From the sequence record ON470608.1: a stretch of 46,651 nt of DNA; one strand, given 5' to 3'. Origin of the DNA: Escherichia phage vB_EcoS-733R5. The stretch's first letter is position 1; each line of letters opens with the position of its first letter. Positions 9,201 through 18,480 of this stretch are shown here, in pieces. Both the position numbers and the translations under genes were made by a program. A model generated the notes under the pieces. That model was not told the DNA's origin and searched no databases. It saw nothing but the letters and a program-made list of their open reading frames with translations.

Positions 9201-10290
9201 AGTTCTGGTCGGTGACCGCTGTCACCGCCCCCGCCTCTGAGAAAAACAGGGTGTATTCAGGCAGCGTCTGAGAAGCGGTGGATTTCTGGCTGAGGATAAT
9301 CCCGCCGTAAGTATCCCAGAAATACTTCTGCGCCCCTTCCGTTGTGTCGGCATACCCAGCTGCAATCATCACCGTACGTGATACAGCGACATATAGCAGA
9401 TCGTTAGCGGCATCAAAAGCAAGCGTATCTACAGTGTAGGTATATGCAGACGATGCTATGCCGATAGGGATTCTGTTTTTACGGTCGCGCAGCACGCGCG
9501 CCTCTGTAGCAGAAAAAGCCCGTGGGAGTTTAATTGACCCTTTCAACACCCAGGTGTTAAACGTACTGGCGGAAACACTATCAACAATGAACTGGCGCAT
9601 TGCCACGTCATAATACAGGGTTGTCAAAACACCATCGGTCAGCGTTTCCCCGTCAAAAAACCCCTGACTGAACAGCGTCCTTCCCGCTCCCGTTAGCGTC
9701 AGCGTACATGCGGCTGTAGCAAAAGATGTGGAGAAAGAGGAAATGGACAGCAACACGCGATCCGCATAAGTCGCCGATCCGTTCAGTGCCGATGATCCGC
9801 CGGAAGAAAACGCATCCAGATACTGGGTAAAGTCTGCAGCCAGCGTACGCCGGTCTGGCATACTCATTCCGTGTAACTGGTTATCACGGACAGAGGAAGC
9901 GGTTGCTACCTGACCAGCTGCAATCAGTGCCTGGTTAACTGAATTCTGCGACGGCATTTTCCGCCCGGTAGGCTGCAGCGTCCCGGCGTTGTTAATGACC
10001 TCGATAGCCAGCGCAGAATCATCAGGGCTACGGTAATACGTGGTCGAGCCTACCGGAATATTCGCGATGTCCGCCTGTGCCGCCGCCAGCGTCGCATACT
10101 GTTTACTGAGCGGGATCAGGTTCTGCCTGACCTCATCGTTTTTCGCCATCATCTGGCGCCACGAATAGAGTGGATCGCCACCACGGTCGGGAACATCAGC
10201 GGCTGGCCCATTGACCAGCTTATCCAGGCGCTCGGCATTATCGAGCAGCACAGCGGGAGACGTGCTCCCCAGCTCCGGGTTAAAGGCCAT
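6253..10290 (-). CDS. Phage tail fibre / tailspike protein (1,345 aa from the SD-supported ATG)
   Basis: Very large Ser/Thr/Gly/Ala-rich ORF last in the tail operon; ggag lies 9 nt upstream of the ATG at 10290; the C-terminal ~300 aa form a distinct domain. Confidence 0.7.
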   Translation of the reverse strand: MAFNPELGSTSPAVLLDNAERLDKLVNGPAADVPDRGGDPLYSWRQMMAKNDEVRQNLIPLSKQYATLAAAQADIANIPVGSTTYYRSPDDSALAIEVINNAGTLQPTGRKMPSQNSVNQALIAAGQVATASSVRDNQLHGMSMPDRRTLAADFTQYLDAFSSGGSSALNGSATYADRVLLSISSFSTSFATAACTLTLTGAGRTLFSQGFFDGETLTDGVLTTLYYDVAMRQFIVDSVSASTFNTWVLKGSIKLPRAFSATEARVLRDRKNRIPIGIASSAYTYTVDTLAFDAANDLLYVAVSRTVMIAAGYADTTEGAQKYFWDTYGGIILSQKSTASQTLPEYTLFFSEAGAVTAVTDQNCTATIQVTKKLSLDVGKMQSNANAVNIAANAQAYAADRLRALNLELRDYQTNIGSVGNYGSQVAYSATMSGGSIFTLNKLSLSTNVRRLVMTMTDGLGTSQSIALLEGESTAGAVLTTPYVDFVLQPAGINGLGINTTTGRTTMNIPVTLPGALPSDTTRIIRDRAGVFDAFTPTTIAGGTTRGITYNASTGMLILAVLNADVTAAGYALTTAGIIQYVVDKLAGYVFSQVTSVSATKTFCNLFKLAAGAVTLTTDGNVTLTGTFNGPKMTTDDLTTYRRYEVVVKNTTDYATGSRPVAIKCKFQAGEVPTDRCIVVTDADGTVYPSQWAGEGDFNPRRGRNLSYWADGSLRSGDLLILDNIPANSSKKYLLKAYPTPQDASSYTRTNRETATSLLVTADDGTQVRFDSVVGWLPYKLTRDSITYTNICQQLYATVTGTAWSTVAAGYTDYAYKIISDGPVFTEIETIFYNGALTGNVAIAARLIKHTYRTRVFKNGYVQIDAVARLQSALAANALFACMTRIQLNSTATKAYRNEYNAIWTDNSVLRSVSIRNAGGDTIRDSAEASTVGNRPPVAGLTVTTSYVRFDGGWTAGTYGSTTTTLGAPAGWAWPVSFTMNLNESISDTTALSNVELNPVVGFASLSSVYPRVRQAKLASRLGDVISGIAAWNTLDATSTDNGNGMFNTIAGDIVRMLHLKIGSFETVYAKFSAWATTWYGSIGNIHLGNAADSKSLQFASRLVLPPLWWLYKLAVLNGDTAKQTELKVAIGNLAADCYSAFGTVGSANSNFYAAAFRSWAMAYAAGLDTSGSYATAMTMVDGQFSSSTYFAGVKNIITDNVTENVPKRRYLHYQVYAWNNYLIGCKAAGRASVLNMETYALNAVSGYGGLKEVDYCIAESRRGQPTTVGFLLYPLLHSGDNSCLEAAERLLDAFDEYGGSNTNGQIKLWDLDFFSEISTTFSEYTFACNIMADAWMQYWLDNNQ

Positions 10291-10365
10291 GTTTTTTGCT
10301 CCAAAACGGTGTTCGCCCAAACGAGGGTTTGAGCGAAAGAAAAGTTGAAAGGGATTTTTTTGGTA

Positions 10366-13300
10366 TTAAGCGACGTCGCCGGGGTATGTGGCGTCGTCGT
10401 ACTGGTAGAACGATTCGAGGTATTCTTTAGCGGTGACCTGACAGGTTCCGTCAGACTGCGGGGCGATCTCCTCTACAATGGCGTCGTAGACATGGCGCGT
10501 TGAGCCGCAGAACACCAGGCGGATCGGCTCAATGGTTGCCGACGACAGGTCAACCTTCATCGGATCATCAAACTCACTCAGGTGCGGGACTGACAGCTGA
10601 AAATCACCCACCCTGCTTGCCACCATCAGCCCGGATGCAGAGCCATCCTGATAGCGGATCAGCGCTCGAGGGTTTTCGAAAGACCAGTCCAGCGGCTCCG
10701 TAACGGTGAACGTTGTCACGCCACCAGCCGTTGTCATCGCCTCCACCAGACAGGAAATCGTGTTGTTACCCGGAATATCATCCGTGAGCACAATGCGATC
10801 GCCCGTGTTGTAGCACAGCGCGTCCAGCTCTGTAGTGGCCTGGAACGTCACCCGCTGCAGCAGGTATTTCATCAGGCGACGCATGCCGATCTGATAGGCG
10901 TGGTCCTGATTGAGTACCCCATCGAGTTTATAATTCTCGATCTTCACTGGCGTCGGATTGTCCGGCGTCCGGCATTTAACGGTCTCCTCTGCCCAGGTAG
11001 TCCCGTTGATGTACGTCACGTCGACGCCATCAAAATCATCGTCGGACGGTACGGTAAATCCGCTCTGCAGCTCCTCCACCATCTCATGCGGAGTGATCAT
11101 GCCAGTCCAGGGCTTAATCCCCTCACGGTTGACCGTCGCCAGGCCATCACTCAGCAGAAAACGTGACTTCCCGGCATTGGCTATCTTCTGCAGCATTTCC
11201 AGCGCTGAGATACTGTCGCCCGTGGCGAAATCGAAATTTTCGCCCCGTGGCGTCCAGTACGCGGATTCCAGCGCGTTGATGGTGTCGACGTCCATCTCCA
11301 GCCCCAGCGAGTTCCCGACATGCAGCAGCGCCCCCGAAATGGTTCTGGCGGTTCCTGAGTCATAGGCGCGCGTGGCCACAACGTTTACGCGGCGGTCCGA
11401 CTGCGCCGCCAATTTGCCCCCCGTCTCAACGGTCACCGCCATCAGCGACACGCCGGGATAGGATGAAGGGCGCGTCAGCAGTCGCCCGCGCAGTGCCTGC
11501 CAGTACATCGTATCTCTGGCATTATCCTGCCCCTGTTCATTTTTCCGGCGACACCGGACCTCAACGAGGCCTGGTGAAGGCAGAGTGATACGCTCAGTAA
11601 ATCCAAGTCCGTTAATATTTTTTAACTTGTAAAATCCGTCGCGCGTTTCCCATCCTCCCCCTGAGCCGTAAATACGGTATTGAATTACCCAGCCAACCCA
11701 CCACGCTTCTTTCTTGCCCTTCTTGTTGAATCCACAGATACCACTCGGGAAAGAGAAATTTACTTCGAAAGCGTCAATCTTTTCGTTCTCAGGGCAGGCA
11801 AGAAATGGTCCCATCCAGGTATCATTATCGTTTATCCCGGTAGCCTCATAGTCGATCATCGTCCTGGCTATGAATCCCGGCCATGACTCATCAATAACAC
11901 CGTTAACCAGACGCGCCACCGTTGCCGTCGCGCCGTCGGCAGAGGCGATCTGGTATTCATTGCCTCGGTGGGCAAGTGAAAGCCGCTGCACCCCCTCCGG
12001 CATCCCGGAGAATGCGGTGCCCGTGGCGCTGTTATAGGCGAGTGTCACATTCGCCGTTACCGCCGGGCTGCCGCCAGTTGATGCCGTGCCGGAGGTGTAA
12101 ACCGGGGCATCACCGAAAACAGCTGCAGGCAGCGAAGAGGACGTGATCGCCCCACCCGCGAACGGACTGGCCGCCTCTGTTATCAGTACAGTGCCGCCGT
12201 TGTCCTGCGCAACCAGGCCGGATCCGGTGAGTTCCTCGGTGATGGCCGCCAGCAGTCCCGACATCGAGACGTAGTTAGCCACCAGCGACACCGGGTAGGT
12301 AACCCCCTGCCAGGTGATCGTGAACGCGCTGGAGCTGGTCGAAAAATCGTAGGTGGTCGGGGCCGCACTGGCCTGGACTTTTGCCGCACTCCCCCCCGTG
12401 CCGGGCACTGCAACCTGACCGGGGGTATATGACGCGATAAACAGATCGTAATCGACAGAGTTAAACCCCAGCGTCACCGGCATACCTACTACCGGCGCGA
12501 TCTCCGTCAGCAGCGGGCTTGCGATAACGCTGTATCCAGCCGCCGTGGTGATCTGGTAGTTCGCCGGGGCTTTAAGTTCGACCACGGCGCCAGCGACCCA
12601 GCTGGGCGGCAGTGCGTTATCGTTCTCGTCATTATCGTCATCATCATCCGTATCCAGCCCCGTAAACGTCACGCTCGATCCGGAGACGGTCATGCTGTCT
12701 GCGATAATGTCGTCTGCGTCCGGCGACGTCTGGGCCATATCCAGCCCGGTGCCGGATGACGTCCCGCCAACTTCGGTGGAGTTGACCCAGTTTTCGCTGC
12801 GCTCATCACCGGAAACGTCCGCGCCTGGCGGGTAATGGGTGCTGCTAAATCCAGGTAGCGTTGAAGCTGGCGTACTGCCAACCCTGATATCGCCATTGGT
12901 ATAAATCAAATCACCGACACCGAGACACAGCAGCATCTGGACGCGCATTTTCGTAGGATCGGCGGCATCAAACCGGGTAACCGGCTGCACCACATAATCA
13001 GGGTAGATACGCACCCGGCCAAATACCTCACGAATGGCATCACCGAGTTTTGCGCTGTTTGCTTTAGCGGGGTTCAGGTCGAGGCTTCGACCTGTGGATG
13101 ATGTATAGCCGCCGGCATCAATGTTACTCATCATGAACAATGAATAAGCCGCAGATGCGACGGCAATGCCCACTCCTATCCAGGCAATTGTCGCGGCCTC
13201 AAGCCCGAAAGGCACCGGATAAAGCCTGACATCACTATCAGGGCGAATCACACACTTAGCCCACTCGACTGGCGGAATTAACAGCCCCTCAACCTCAACG

Positions 13301-13434
13301 GTCAGCGGTGGGACATCCCGATCCTCGTAGCCTTCAACATTTTCCACCAGCCAGCTTCGAATGCTGGTTACACCATGCTCATGCGTTTCGAGTGGTTCAC
13401 CGGGAAGCCGGGACGGGTAAAAACGAATGGTCAT
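10366..13434 (-). CDS. Tail tip / host-specificity protein (J-like or GTA gp15-like)
   Basis: 1,022-aa ORF directly after the NlpC/P60-like tail gene and before the tail fibre; acidic DTDDDDDNDENDN linker. Confidence 0.6.
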   Translation of the reverse strand: MTIRFYPSRLPGEPLETHEHGVTSIRSWLVENVEGYEDRDVPPLTVEVEGLLIPPVEWAKCVIRPDSDVRLYPVPFGLEAATIAWIGVGIAVASAAYSLFMMSNIDAGGYTSSTGRSLDLNPAKANSAKLGDAIREVFGRVRIYPDYVVQPVTRFDAADPTKMRVQMLLCLGVGDLIYTNGDIRVGSTPASTLPGFSSTHYPPGADVSGDERSENWVNSTEVGGTSSGTGLDMAQTSPDADDIIADSMTVSGSSVTFTGLDTDDDDDNDENDNALPPSWVAGAVVELKAPANYQITTAAGYSVIASPLLTEIAPVVGMPVTLGFNSVDYDLFIASYTPGQVAVPGTGGSAAKVQASAAPTTYDFSTSSSAFTITWQGVTYPVSLVANYVSMSGLLAAITEELTGSGLVAQDNGGTVLITEAASPFAGGAITSSSLPAAVFGDAPVYTSGTASTGGSPAVTANVTLAYNSATGTAFSGMPEGVQRLSLAHRGNEYQIASADGATATVARLVNGVIDESWPGFIARTMIDYEATGINDNDTWMGPFLACPENEKIDAFEVNFSFPSGICGFNKKGKKEAWWVGWVIQYRIYGSGGGWETRDGFYKLKNINGLGFTERITLPSPGLVEVRCRRKNEQGQDNARDTMYWQALRGRLLTRPSSYPGVSLMAVTVETGGKLAAQSDRRVNVVATRAYDSGTARTISGALLHVGNSLGLEMDVDTINALESAYWTPRGENFDFATGDSISALEMLQKIANAGKSRFLLSDGLATVNREGIKPWTGMITPHEMVEELQSGFTVPSDDDFDGVDVTYINGTTWAEETVKCRTPDNPTPVKIENYKLDGVLNQDHAYQIGMRRLMKYLLQRVTFQATTELDALCYNTGDRIVLTDDIPGNNTISCLVEAMTTAGGVTTFTVTEPLDWSFENPRALIRYQDGSASGLMVASRVGDFQLSVPHLSEFDDPMKVDLSSATIEPIRLVFCGSTRHVYDAIVEEIAPQSDGTCQVTAKEYLESFYQYDDATYPGDVA

Positions 13435-13811
13435 TGCCAGAACTCCACTTTGACAAATCGCCGCTTAAACCGCGGCAACGGCAGAAAGGTGACGTTCGTT
13501 CCCGGATTGCATTCCGCCACATGCAGCAGACCATCGATACTGACCACGATCCCTACGTGGGTGACAGTCGACCCGGAATAACAGGCCACCCCGGCCCCTT
13601 CGCAGGGTTCGCAGCGCTCAAGGGTAAGCATCATCCTGCGCGCTTCCCGGTCGAGGCCGCCGTCGTCTTTGGTGACCCCTGCAAAATCGGGCCAGACGGG
13701 TAAATTCAGGTCGCGGCGTATCTCGTTCACAATGCCGAAACAGTCGAGTTGCGGGTATACGCGCCCGCCCTTCAGCCAGGTGACTGAACGGTATTTATCA
13801 GGGTTAAACAT
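13431..13811 (-). CDS. NlpC/P60-family tail-associated peptidase (gpK-like)
   Basis: 126 aa with a candidate Cys (DCFGIV) and His (VTHVGIV) pair; position in the tail tip module; aaggaa SD. Confidence 0.5.
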   Translation of the reverse strand: MFNPDKYRSVTWLKGGRVYPQLDCFGIVNEIRRDLNLPVWPDFAGVTKDDGGLDREARRMMLTLERCEPCEGAGVACYSGSTVTHVGIVVSIDGLLHVAECNPGTNVTFLPLPRFKRRFVKVEFWQ

Positions 13812-13820
13812 TGGGATTCC

Positions 13821-14303
13821 TTAGCTGATATAACGCAGTCCGGGGAATACAGGGAGCGTGTAGCGGTATCGCGGCCAGGCGGTATCGAGGATATTCATGT
13901 AGCCCGCAGTGATCTGCACCTCTGTCGCCGTCCAGGAGCCCGACTTGATTTTCAGCGTATACGGCACTTCCGCAGGGGCCGCTAAATCCGTGGAGATATA
14001 ACGCCGGTACGTCAGAAATGCAGACAGACGGTTAGCCAGCGCATTGCGGATCGCCGTGGACACAACACCATCGATATTGCACAGGGCAAATTTGAGGTCC
14101 TGCGTGCCGTCCGCATTGCGCGCCGGAAGAGCAATGTCTATCGCACAGGAGGTAAACGTTACGGTATCGCCGTTCTCCGTCGTTGCCGTAATACCCTCGT
14201 AGCCCTGGCACAGATAATGGACGTCAGAACCAATGGTGATCTGCAGCGTCTCAATGATCACCTCCGGGCCGCTGCTGGCGTAGAGGCGTTTAATCTGCGT
14301 CAT
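13821..14303 (-). CDS. Minor tail protein
   Basis: 160-aa ORF in the tail tip module between the tape measure and the NlpC/P60-like gene. Confidence 0.45.
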   Translation of the reverse strand: MTQIKRLYASSGPEVIIETLQITIGSDVHYLCQGYEGITATTENGDTVTFTSCAIDIALPARNADGTQDLKFALCNIDGVVSTAIRNALANRLSAFLTYRRYISTDLAAPAEVPYTLKIKSGSWTATEVQITAGYMNILDTAWPRYRYTLPVFPGLRYIS

Positions 14304-14769
14304 GCTTCGGCCACTCCTTATTCAGGGCGATATCAAGCAACGAACTTCCGACTATCCATTCCGGGTAATGCCCCCATCCAGACGGCGGCAATGGGCGCTC
14401 CCAGAGTTCTACTGGCGCGGTATATCTCCAGTAAAATCCGCCTTCTGGCGTGGGGCCTTTATAAATATCCGTGAAACGACACACGTAATTTTTCAGCCCT
14501 ACAGGCGTTAATAACGGTATGTTGAACCACGCCGCCCCATCTGATAACTCATCCCGAAACCATGCCTCAAAAGCCTGCGCCTGGGCGTCAGAAAAAATCC
14601 AGGCCAGATCTGTTTGGGTTGGTGTCGAGGTGTAGGCACGCCGCTGCCGTCCCCGGCCAGTTACCATCTGAGTACGTTTCAGAGGAGATACAGGAGTTAA
14701 ACCAAAACCCTCTTTAAGCGGTCCAGGCAGGTATGCGGAGGGGTAATAAAGCGTTGTGGTGATAGCCAT
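14290..14769 (-). CDS. Minor tail protein (distal-tail-like)
   Basis: 159-aa ORF whose start overlaps the tape-measure stop. Confidence 0.45.
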   Translation of the reverse strand: MAITTTLYYPSAYLPGPLKEGFGLTPVSPLKRTQMVTGRGRQRRAYTSTPTQTDLAWIFSDAQAQAFEAWFRDELSDGAAWFNIPLLTPVGLKNYVCRFTDIYKGPTPEGGFYWRYTAPVELWERPLPPSGWGHYPEWIVGSSLLDIALNKEWPKHDAD

Positions 14770-17306
14770 CAGCTAATTTTCCTCCCCGAGGTAGTTTTCC
14801 CCATCAGAGCCTTATGTAAATCACCCTGACCGCTTGCGACTGAGTTAACCGCCTTCCGGTATCCCCTTTCTGCCCCCTCATCTGCAGCTTTACGGACCAG
14901 CGCCAACGTTGCATCGGAAGGGTTACCATTGATGGGGATAGTGATCTTGGGAGAATAAATAGTTCCACCACCGGTTGACTGGTTTGCTACTCGATCCAGA
15001 GTGGCATCAAGTTTGGCGCTGGTCGCTGCGGTGGTCACCCGCTCTCCTTTTTGAAGCAACCAGGTACCTGTTTCAGGAACTGCATCGATCCCATCGTGGG
15101 CCATGCCAGAAAGGGAAGCGGCAGAAATAGCAGCAACCATAGGTTCTGTTATAGCCGCTGCAGCAGCCATCGCGGCTGGAGCTAATCCCGGTCCGACAAT
15201 TGGGATTGCGGCAGTTGATGCGAAAGCAGCAAGTTGAGCCTGTAAGGCTGTAGCCTGAGCATTAGCGATCATTGAAGGAATAGCAGAGGCTTGGGCACTT
15301 TTATTAACCAGCATCTGAACACCTTGATACACGATCCATTGTGCAGCCATATCAACCAGAGCTTTTATCACTGACTTCCCGAGGTCTGAAAAAATTCCCT
15401 TTATTGCTTCACCCATTGATTCAGTACCGCTGATAACATCGTATAAATGTTCAGAAATTGAATCAGTTGCAGAACCTAATATTGATGTCATTGCATCAGC
15501 CGCTTGCTGATAATAATCACTTGAACTATCCGCGAAATCAGATAATGCGCTTGATATGCCCGACTCCCAGTCATTACGTAAACCATCAGACTCATGATAA
15601 TAATCTTCTTGAATCTGCAGGCGCTCTTCAAGTGACGATTTTAACGCATCAGTTTCAGACTCATAAAGTGACTTGGTAATATCACCAGATTGATACTGTT
15701 TTAATAAATCAGCTTGTTTATATTCAAAGTCCTGTTGAATGTTGTTTAATTCACGCATTCGGCTACGGTCTTTTAATCCCAATGATCGACCAGCCAGATC
15801 ATTGTCATACCCTTGCCTTATTATTTTATTCTGCCTATCAAGGCCAGAAACAAATTCAGCTAACTTTGCGTTTTCCTGATTTAGCCGTAACTCTTCTTTT
15901 TTTGAGTCAATGATTTTAGCCGCATACCGGAGCTGCTCTTTTTGCGCTTCTGATAATGCTTTTAAGTTACCACTGGTAATATCAAAGTTTACTTTTTCAA
16001 GCTCTGTTACTTCTGCAGTTTTTTTGCCTGTCGTCTCAATAAGTGCTGCTTGCTTTTGCAGATCAAGAAGCCTGCTTTTAAAAGCATTGTCGGTTGGATT
16101 GCTTTTTGTGGTTATTTTCTGATTTGATTCACCTTTTCCTAATTTATAATTATTATCAGTTGGCGACAATCCCATATCAGAAAGGAGTGATGATAATCCT
16201 TTGGCTCCTCTTTCGACTTCCTCTGGGGTCATACTTGACTTAATCGCCCGAAGAAATTGAAGACGTTTAGATAAAAACTCTAATTCATCCTTTTGTTCCT
16301 TACTTTGGTCACCTCGCTTGTTAAGAAACTCAATGCGCTGTGCAATGTCACTTTCATCAGCAGCATTATAATTGCCAGATACAGCACCTATCCGCGACCG
16401 TGTATAGGTAGCAATAGCCCCCAAACCACCAGCAATACGACCTACGACACCGGCAAGGCTAATAGCCTCGCCTACGAGGTCTGATAACCCCTGAAGAATA
16501 GCAGGGTCGGTGAAAACATCACGAATGTCATCTAACCCATCCTGCAATGGCGAAAGGTCCACCTTAGCCAGCCCAGAGGCAATTTCCATTTTAAGACCAC
16601 GGGCACTAGTCTCTATATCCTGAAAAAATTGATTAACCTTAACGAGGTTATCAATATCTTCTTGCGGCGGTGCGATACCAAAATCCTTTGATAACTGGAT
16701 GAACTGTTTCAGCTTCTCATTGTTATTATCAAACAACGGCAGCATTTTTGACAGGTCATTGCCCAAGCTTTCAAGAATATTTGTTTTACCTGCCTGGGAA
16801 GGTATCTTTTGTAAAGCTGAACTAATAGCCAGTAACTGCTTATCAGGGGATTGCTGGGACAGCTTCTCAGCCGAAAGTCCGAGCGTATCTAATGCCTGAG
16901 CGGCCTCACCTGATTTATTCAGTACCGCATCACCAACTTTATCATTAATGTCTTTAAATATATCTGCAATATTATCGCCGGTTAGCCCAGCTTGTTCAGC
17001 TGCATATTGCCATGCAAGTAAGTCCTGAGTGGACATTTTAAGAGATTTTGCCCAGCGGTCAGCCTCTGTTACCTGCTGTGCTGTATTTTTCACAACTGCT
17101 AAACCTGCGGCACCAATCCCTACAGCTGCAGTGGCAGCTGCTGCACCAATTGCAACAATAGAAGCACCAACTTCTTTGGCGTCTTTTTTTACTTGAGCAC
17201 TCCATTTTTGCGAGGCTCTTTCAGCCTTATCCATTCCCTGAACAAATCCACCAACCTTTGCGATTAGGTCAATTGTTAATGTACCAAGGGACTTGCCAGC
17301 CATCAT
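14769..17306 (-). CDS. Tail tape measure protein
   Basis: 845 aa, Ala/Gln/Lys-rich with predicted coiled-coil and Gly-rich hydrophobic stretches; follows the G/GT chaperone genes. Confidence 0.8.
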   Translation of the reverse strand: MMAGKSLGTLTIDLIAKVGGFVQGMDKAERASQKWSAQVKKDAKEVGASIVAIGAAAATAAVGIGAAGLAVVKNTAQQVTEADRWAKSLKMSTQDLLAWQYAAEQAGLTGDNIADIFKDINDKVGDAVLNKSGEAAQALDTLGLSAEKLSQQSPDKQLLAISSALQKIPSQAGKTNILESLGNDLSKMLPLFDNNNEKLKQFIQLSKDFGIAPPQEDIDNLVKVNQFFQDIETSARGLKMEIASGLAKVDLSPLQDGLDDIRDVFTDPAILQGLSDLVGEAISLAGVVGRIAGGLGAIATYTRSRIGAVSGNYNAADESDIAQRIEFLNKRGDQSKEQKDELEFLSKRLQFLRAIKSSMTPEEVERGAKGLSSLLSDMGLSPTDNNYKLGKGESNQKITTKSNPTDNAFKSRLLDLQKQAALIETTGKKTAEVTELEKVNFDITSGNLKALSEAQKEQLRYAAKIIDSKKEELRLNQENAKLAEFVSGLDRQNKIIRQGYDNDLAGRSLGLKDRSRMRELNNIQQDFEYKQADLLKQYQSGDITKSLYESETDALKSSLEERLQIQEDYYHESDGLRNDWESGISSALSDFADSSSDYYQQAADAMTSILGSATDSISEHLYDVISGTESMGEAIKGIFSDLGKSVIKALVDMAAQWIVYQGVQMLVNKSAQASAIPSMIANAQATALQAQLAAFASTAAIPIVGPGLAPAAMAAAAAITEPMVAAISAASLSGMAHDGIDAVPETGTWLLQKGERVTTAATSAKLDATLDRVANQSTGGGTIYSPKITIPINGNPSDATLALVRKAADEGAERGYRKAVNSVASGQGDLHKALMGKTTSGRKIS

Positions 17307-17321
17307 ATTTCTCCGAGGAAT

Positions 17322-17348
17322 AAAAAACCCGCCTAAGCGGGTTTATAT
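17322..17348. terminator. Rho-independent terminator insulating the moron (bidirectional form)
   Basis: aaaaaacccgcctaagcgggtttatattt: GC stem with flanking A/T runs, between the moron stop and the tape-measure SD. Confidence 0.6.
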
Positions 17349-17351
17349 TTA

Positions 17352-17729
17352 TCAGAACTTATTCTGTTTCGGTGGCTTGCTTATTTTGCAGTCGGAGACT
17401 TCAGAGTGAGTAGTATTACTCATCTCGCTATAAGTAGTTCTCTTCAAAACAAGTGTTGCTCTATCAACTGAATAAGTTTGCTTATATTTTGTCGAATCCT
17501 TACGCCACGTTACCTCAGATGGCCCAAATGCAGCAGGAGCTGTAAAATTTAATCCGCTTCCCATAGATGGCGACTGAAGAGATGCTGACCCATTGTTTTG
17601 GTCAAGCACAACGATAAGATCAGGTGCTCTTTCATCTAAATAAGGACAAGATAAATAAGTAATTTTTGCAGTTGCAAGACTTGAAAAGCCTATTAAAGAA
17701 ATGCACAACCCTAGTAAAAGATTCTTCAT
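17352..17729 (-). CDS. Secreted protein with signal peptide; moron inside the tail operon
   Basis: 125 aa; N-terminal MKNLLLGLCISLIGFSSLATA is signal-peptide-like; AT-rich; its own SD and a candidate promoter upstream; terminator downstream. Confidence 0.6.
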   Translation of the reverse strand: MKNLLLGLCISLIGFSSLATAKITYLSCPYLDERAPDLIVVLDQNNGSASLQSPSMGSGLNFTAPAAFGPSEVTWRKDSTKYKQTYSVDRATLVLKRTTYSEMSNTTHSEVSDCKISKPPKQNKF

Positions 17730-17787
17730 TGAGAGACCTCACAGACTCATTTCCGTTTGAGTGCCCAACAATACAATAAACCTAAGA

Positions 17788-18051
17788 CTAGACCCAACTT
17801 TTCATAGCTTCTTCCAGAGAAAGCGGCGCTTCGTTGATGTGCGGTGCAAAGTCACTAACCTTGAACGGAGGCGTGTTCTTTGCCTTATTGATGTTAGCTA
17901 GGACAGAAGCCACCAGCGAAGCCCCCCACTCGGTTCGCATTATGACATTAAGCTGACCATACTTATTACGGTACTTTACCCACACCTGAAACTCACGAAG
18001 GCTCATTCGCTCCTGAGCCTCCGCTATGGTCCGCCCACCGATGCCGTTCAT
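17788..18051 (-). CDS. Tail assembly chaperone T segment (expressed as a G-T fusion by -1 frameshift)
   Basis: ORF in the -1 frame relative to G; the frame is open back to the slippery site at 18096..18102. Confidence 0.6.
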   Translation of the reverse strand: MNGIGGRTIAEAQERMSLREFQVWVKYRNKYGQLNVIMRTEWGASLVASVLANINKAKNTPPFKVSDFAPHINEAPLSLEEAMKSWV

Positions 18052-18053
18052 GA

Positions 18054-18437
18054 CTAACTCACACCAGAACTCGTCTTCTCCTGTGAGTTCGTAGTCTTTC
18101 CCAGATCGTTGACTTCCTGGATGACGGCCAGCAAAGCAATAACGATCGGCCCATCGAGCGCGCCACGATCTGGGGTAGCAGTTCCAAGAATGTCAGCCGC
18201 GGTAAACACTGGGGCGCCGTCCTGATCGCAAATATGCGCCGCAATGCGCTCAGCAATCGGGTCCGATTTCCCGTTATACGCCAGCAGTTCAGCTTTAGTG
18301 GTGTGGTAGCCCATCGGGCGCACATAGACGGTTGCAATATGCTCTTTCCCGTCACGCCCTTTCCACTTAATTTCTTTTTCCACGGGACGCCCGGTAAAAG
18401 CACCTGTTTCTTTTAACGTATCGAGAGTAAGTTGCAT
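18054..18437 (-). CDS. Tail assembly chaperone G
   Basis: 127-aa ORF between the major tail and tape-measure genes; contains an in-frame G GGA AAG heptamer near its 3' end. Confidence 0.7.
   Translation of the reverse strand: MQLTLDTLKETGAFTGRPVEKEIKWKGRDGKEHIATVYVRPMGYHTTKAELLAYNGKSDPIAERIAAHICDQDGAPVFTAADILGTATPDRGALDGPIVIALLAVIQEVNDLGKTTNSQEKTSSGVS
18096..18102 (-). other. Programmed -1 ribosomal frameshift slippery heptamer GGGAAAG
   Basis: Minus-strand ctg gga aag in the G frame, identical to the lambda G/GT slippery sequence; the -1 frame is open through T. Confidence 0.6.
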
Positions 18438-18451
18438 TTCAGCTCCTGAAT

Positions 18452-18473
18452 AGAAAAGCCCGGATAACCGGGC
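18452..18473 (-). terminator. Partial terminator after the major tail gene
   Basis: Minus strand GCCCGGTTATCCGGGC followed by TTTTCT. Confidence 0.5.
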
Positions 18474-18480
18474 ATATTAA

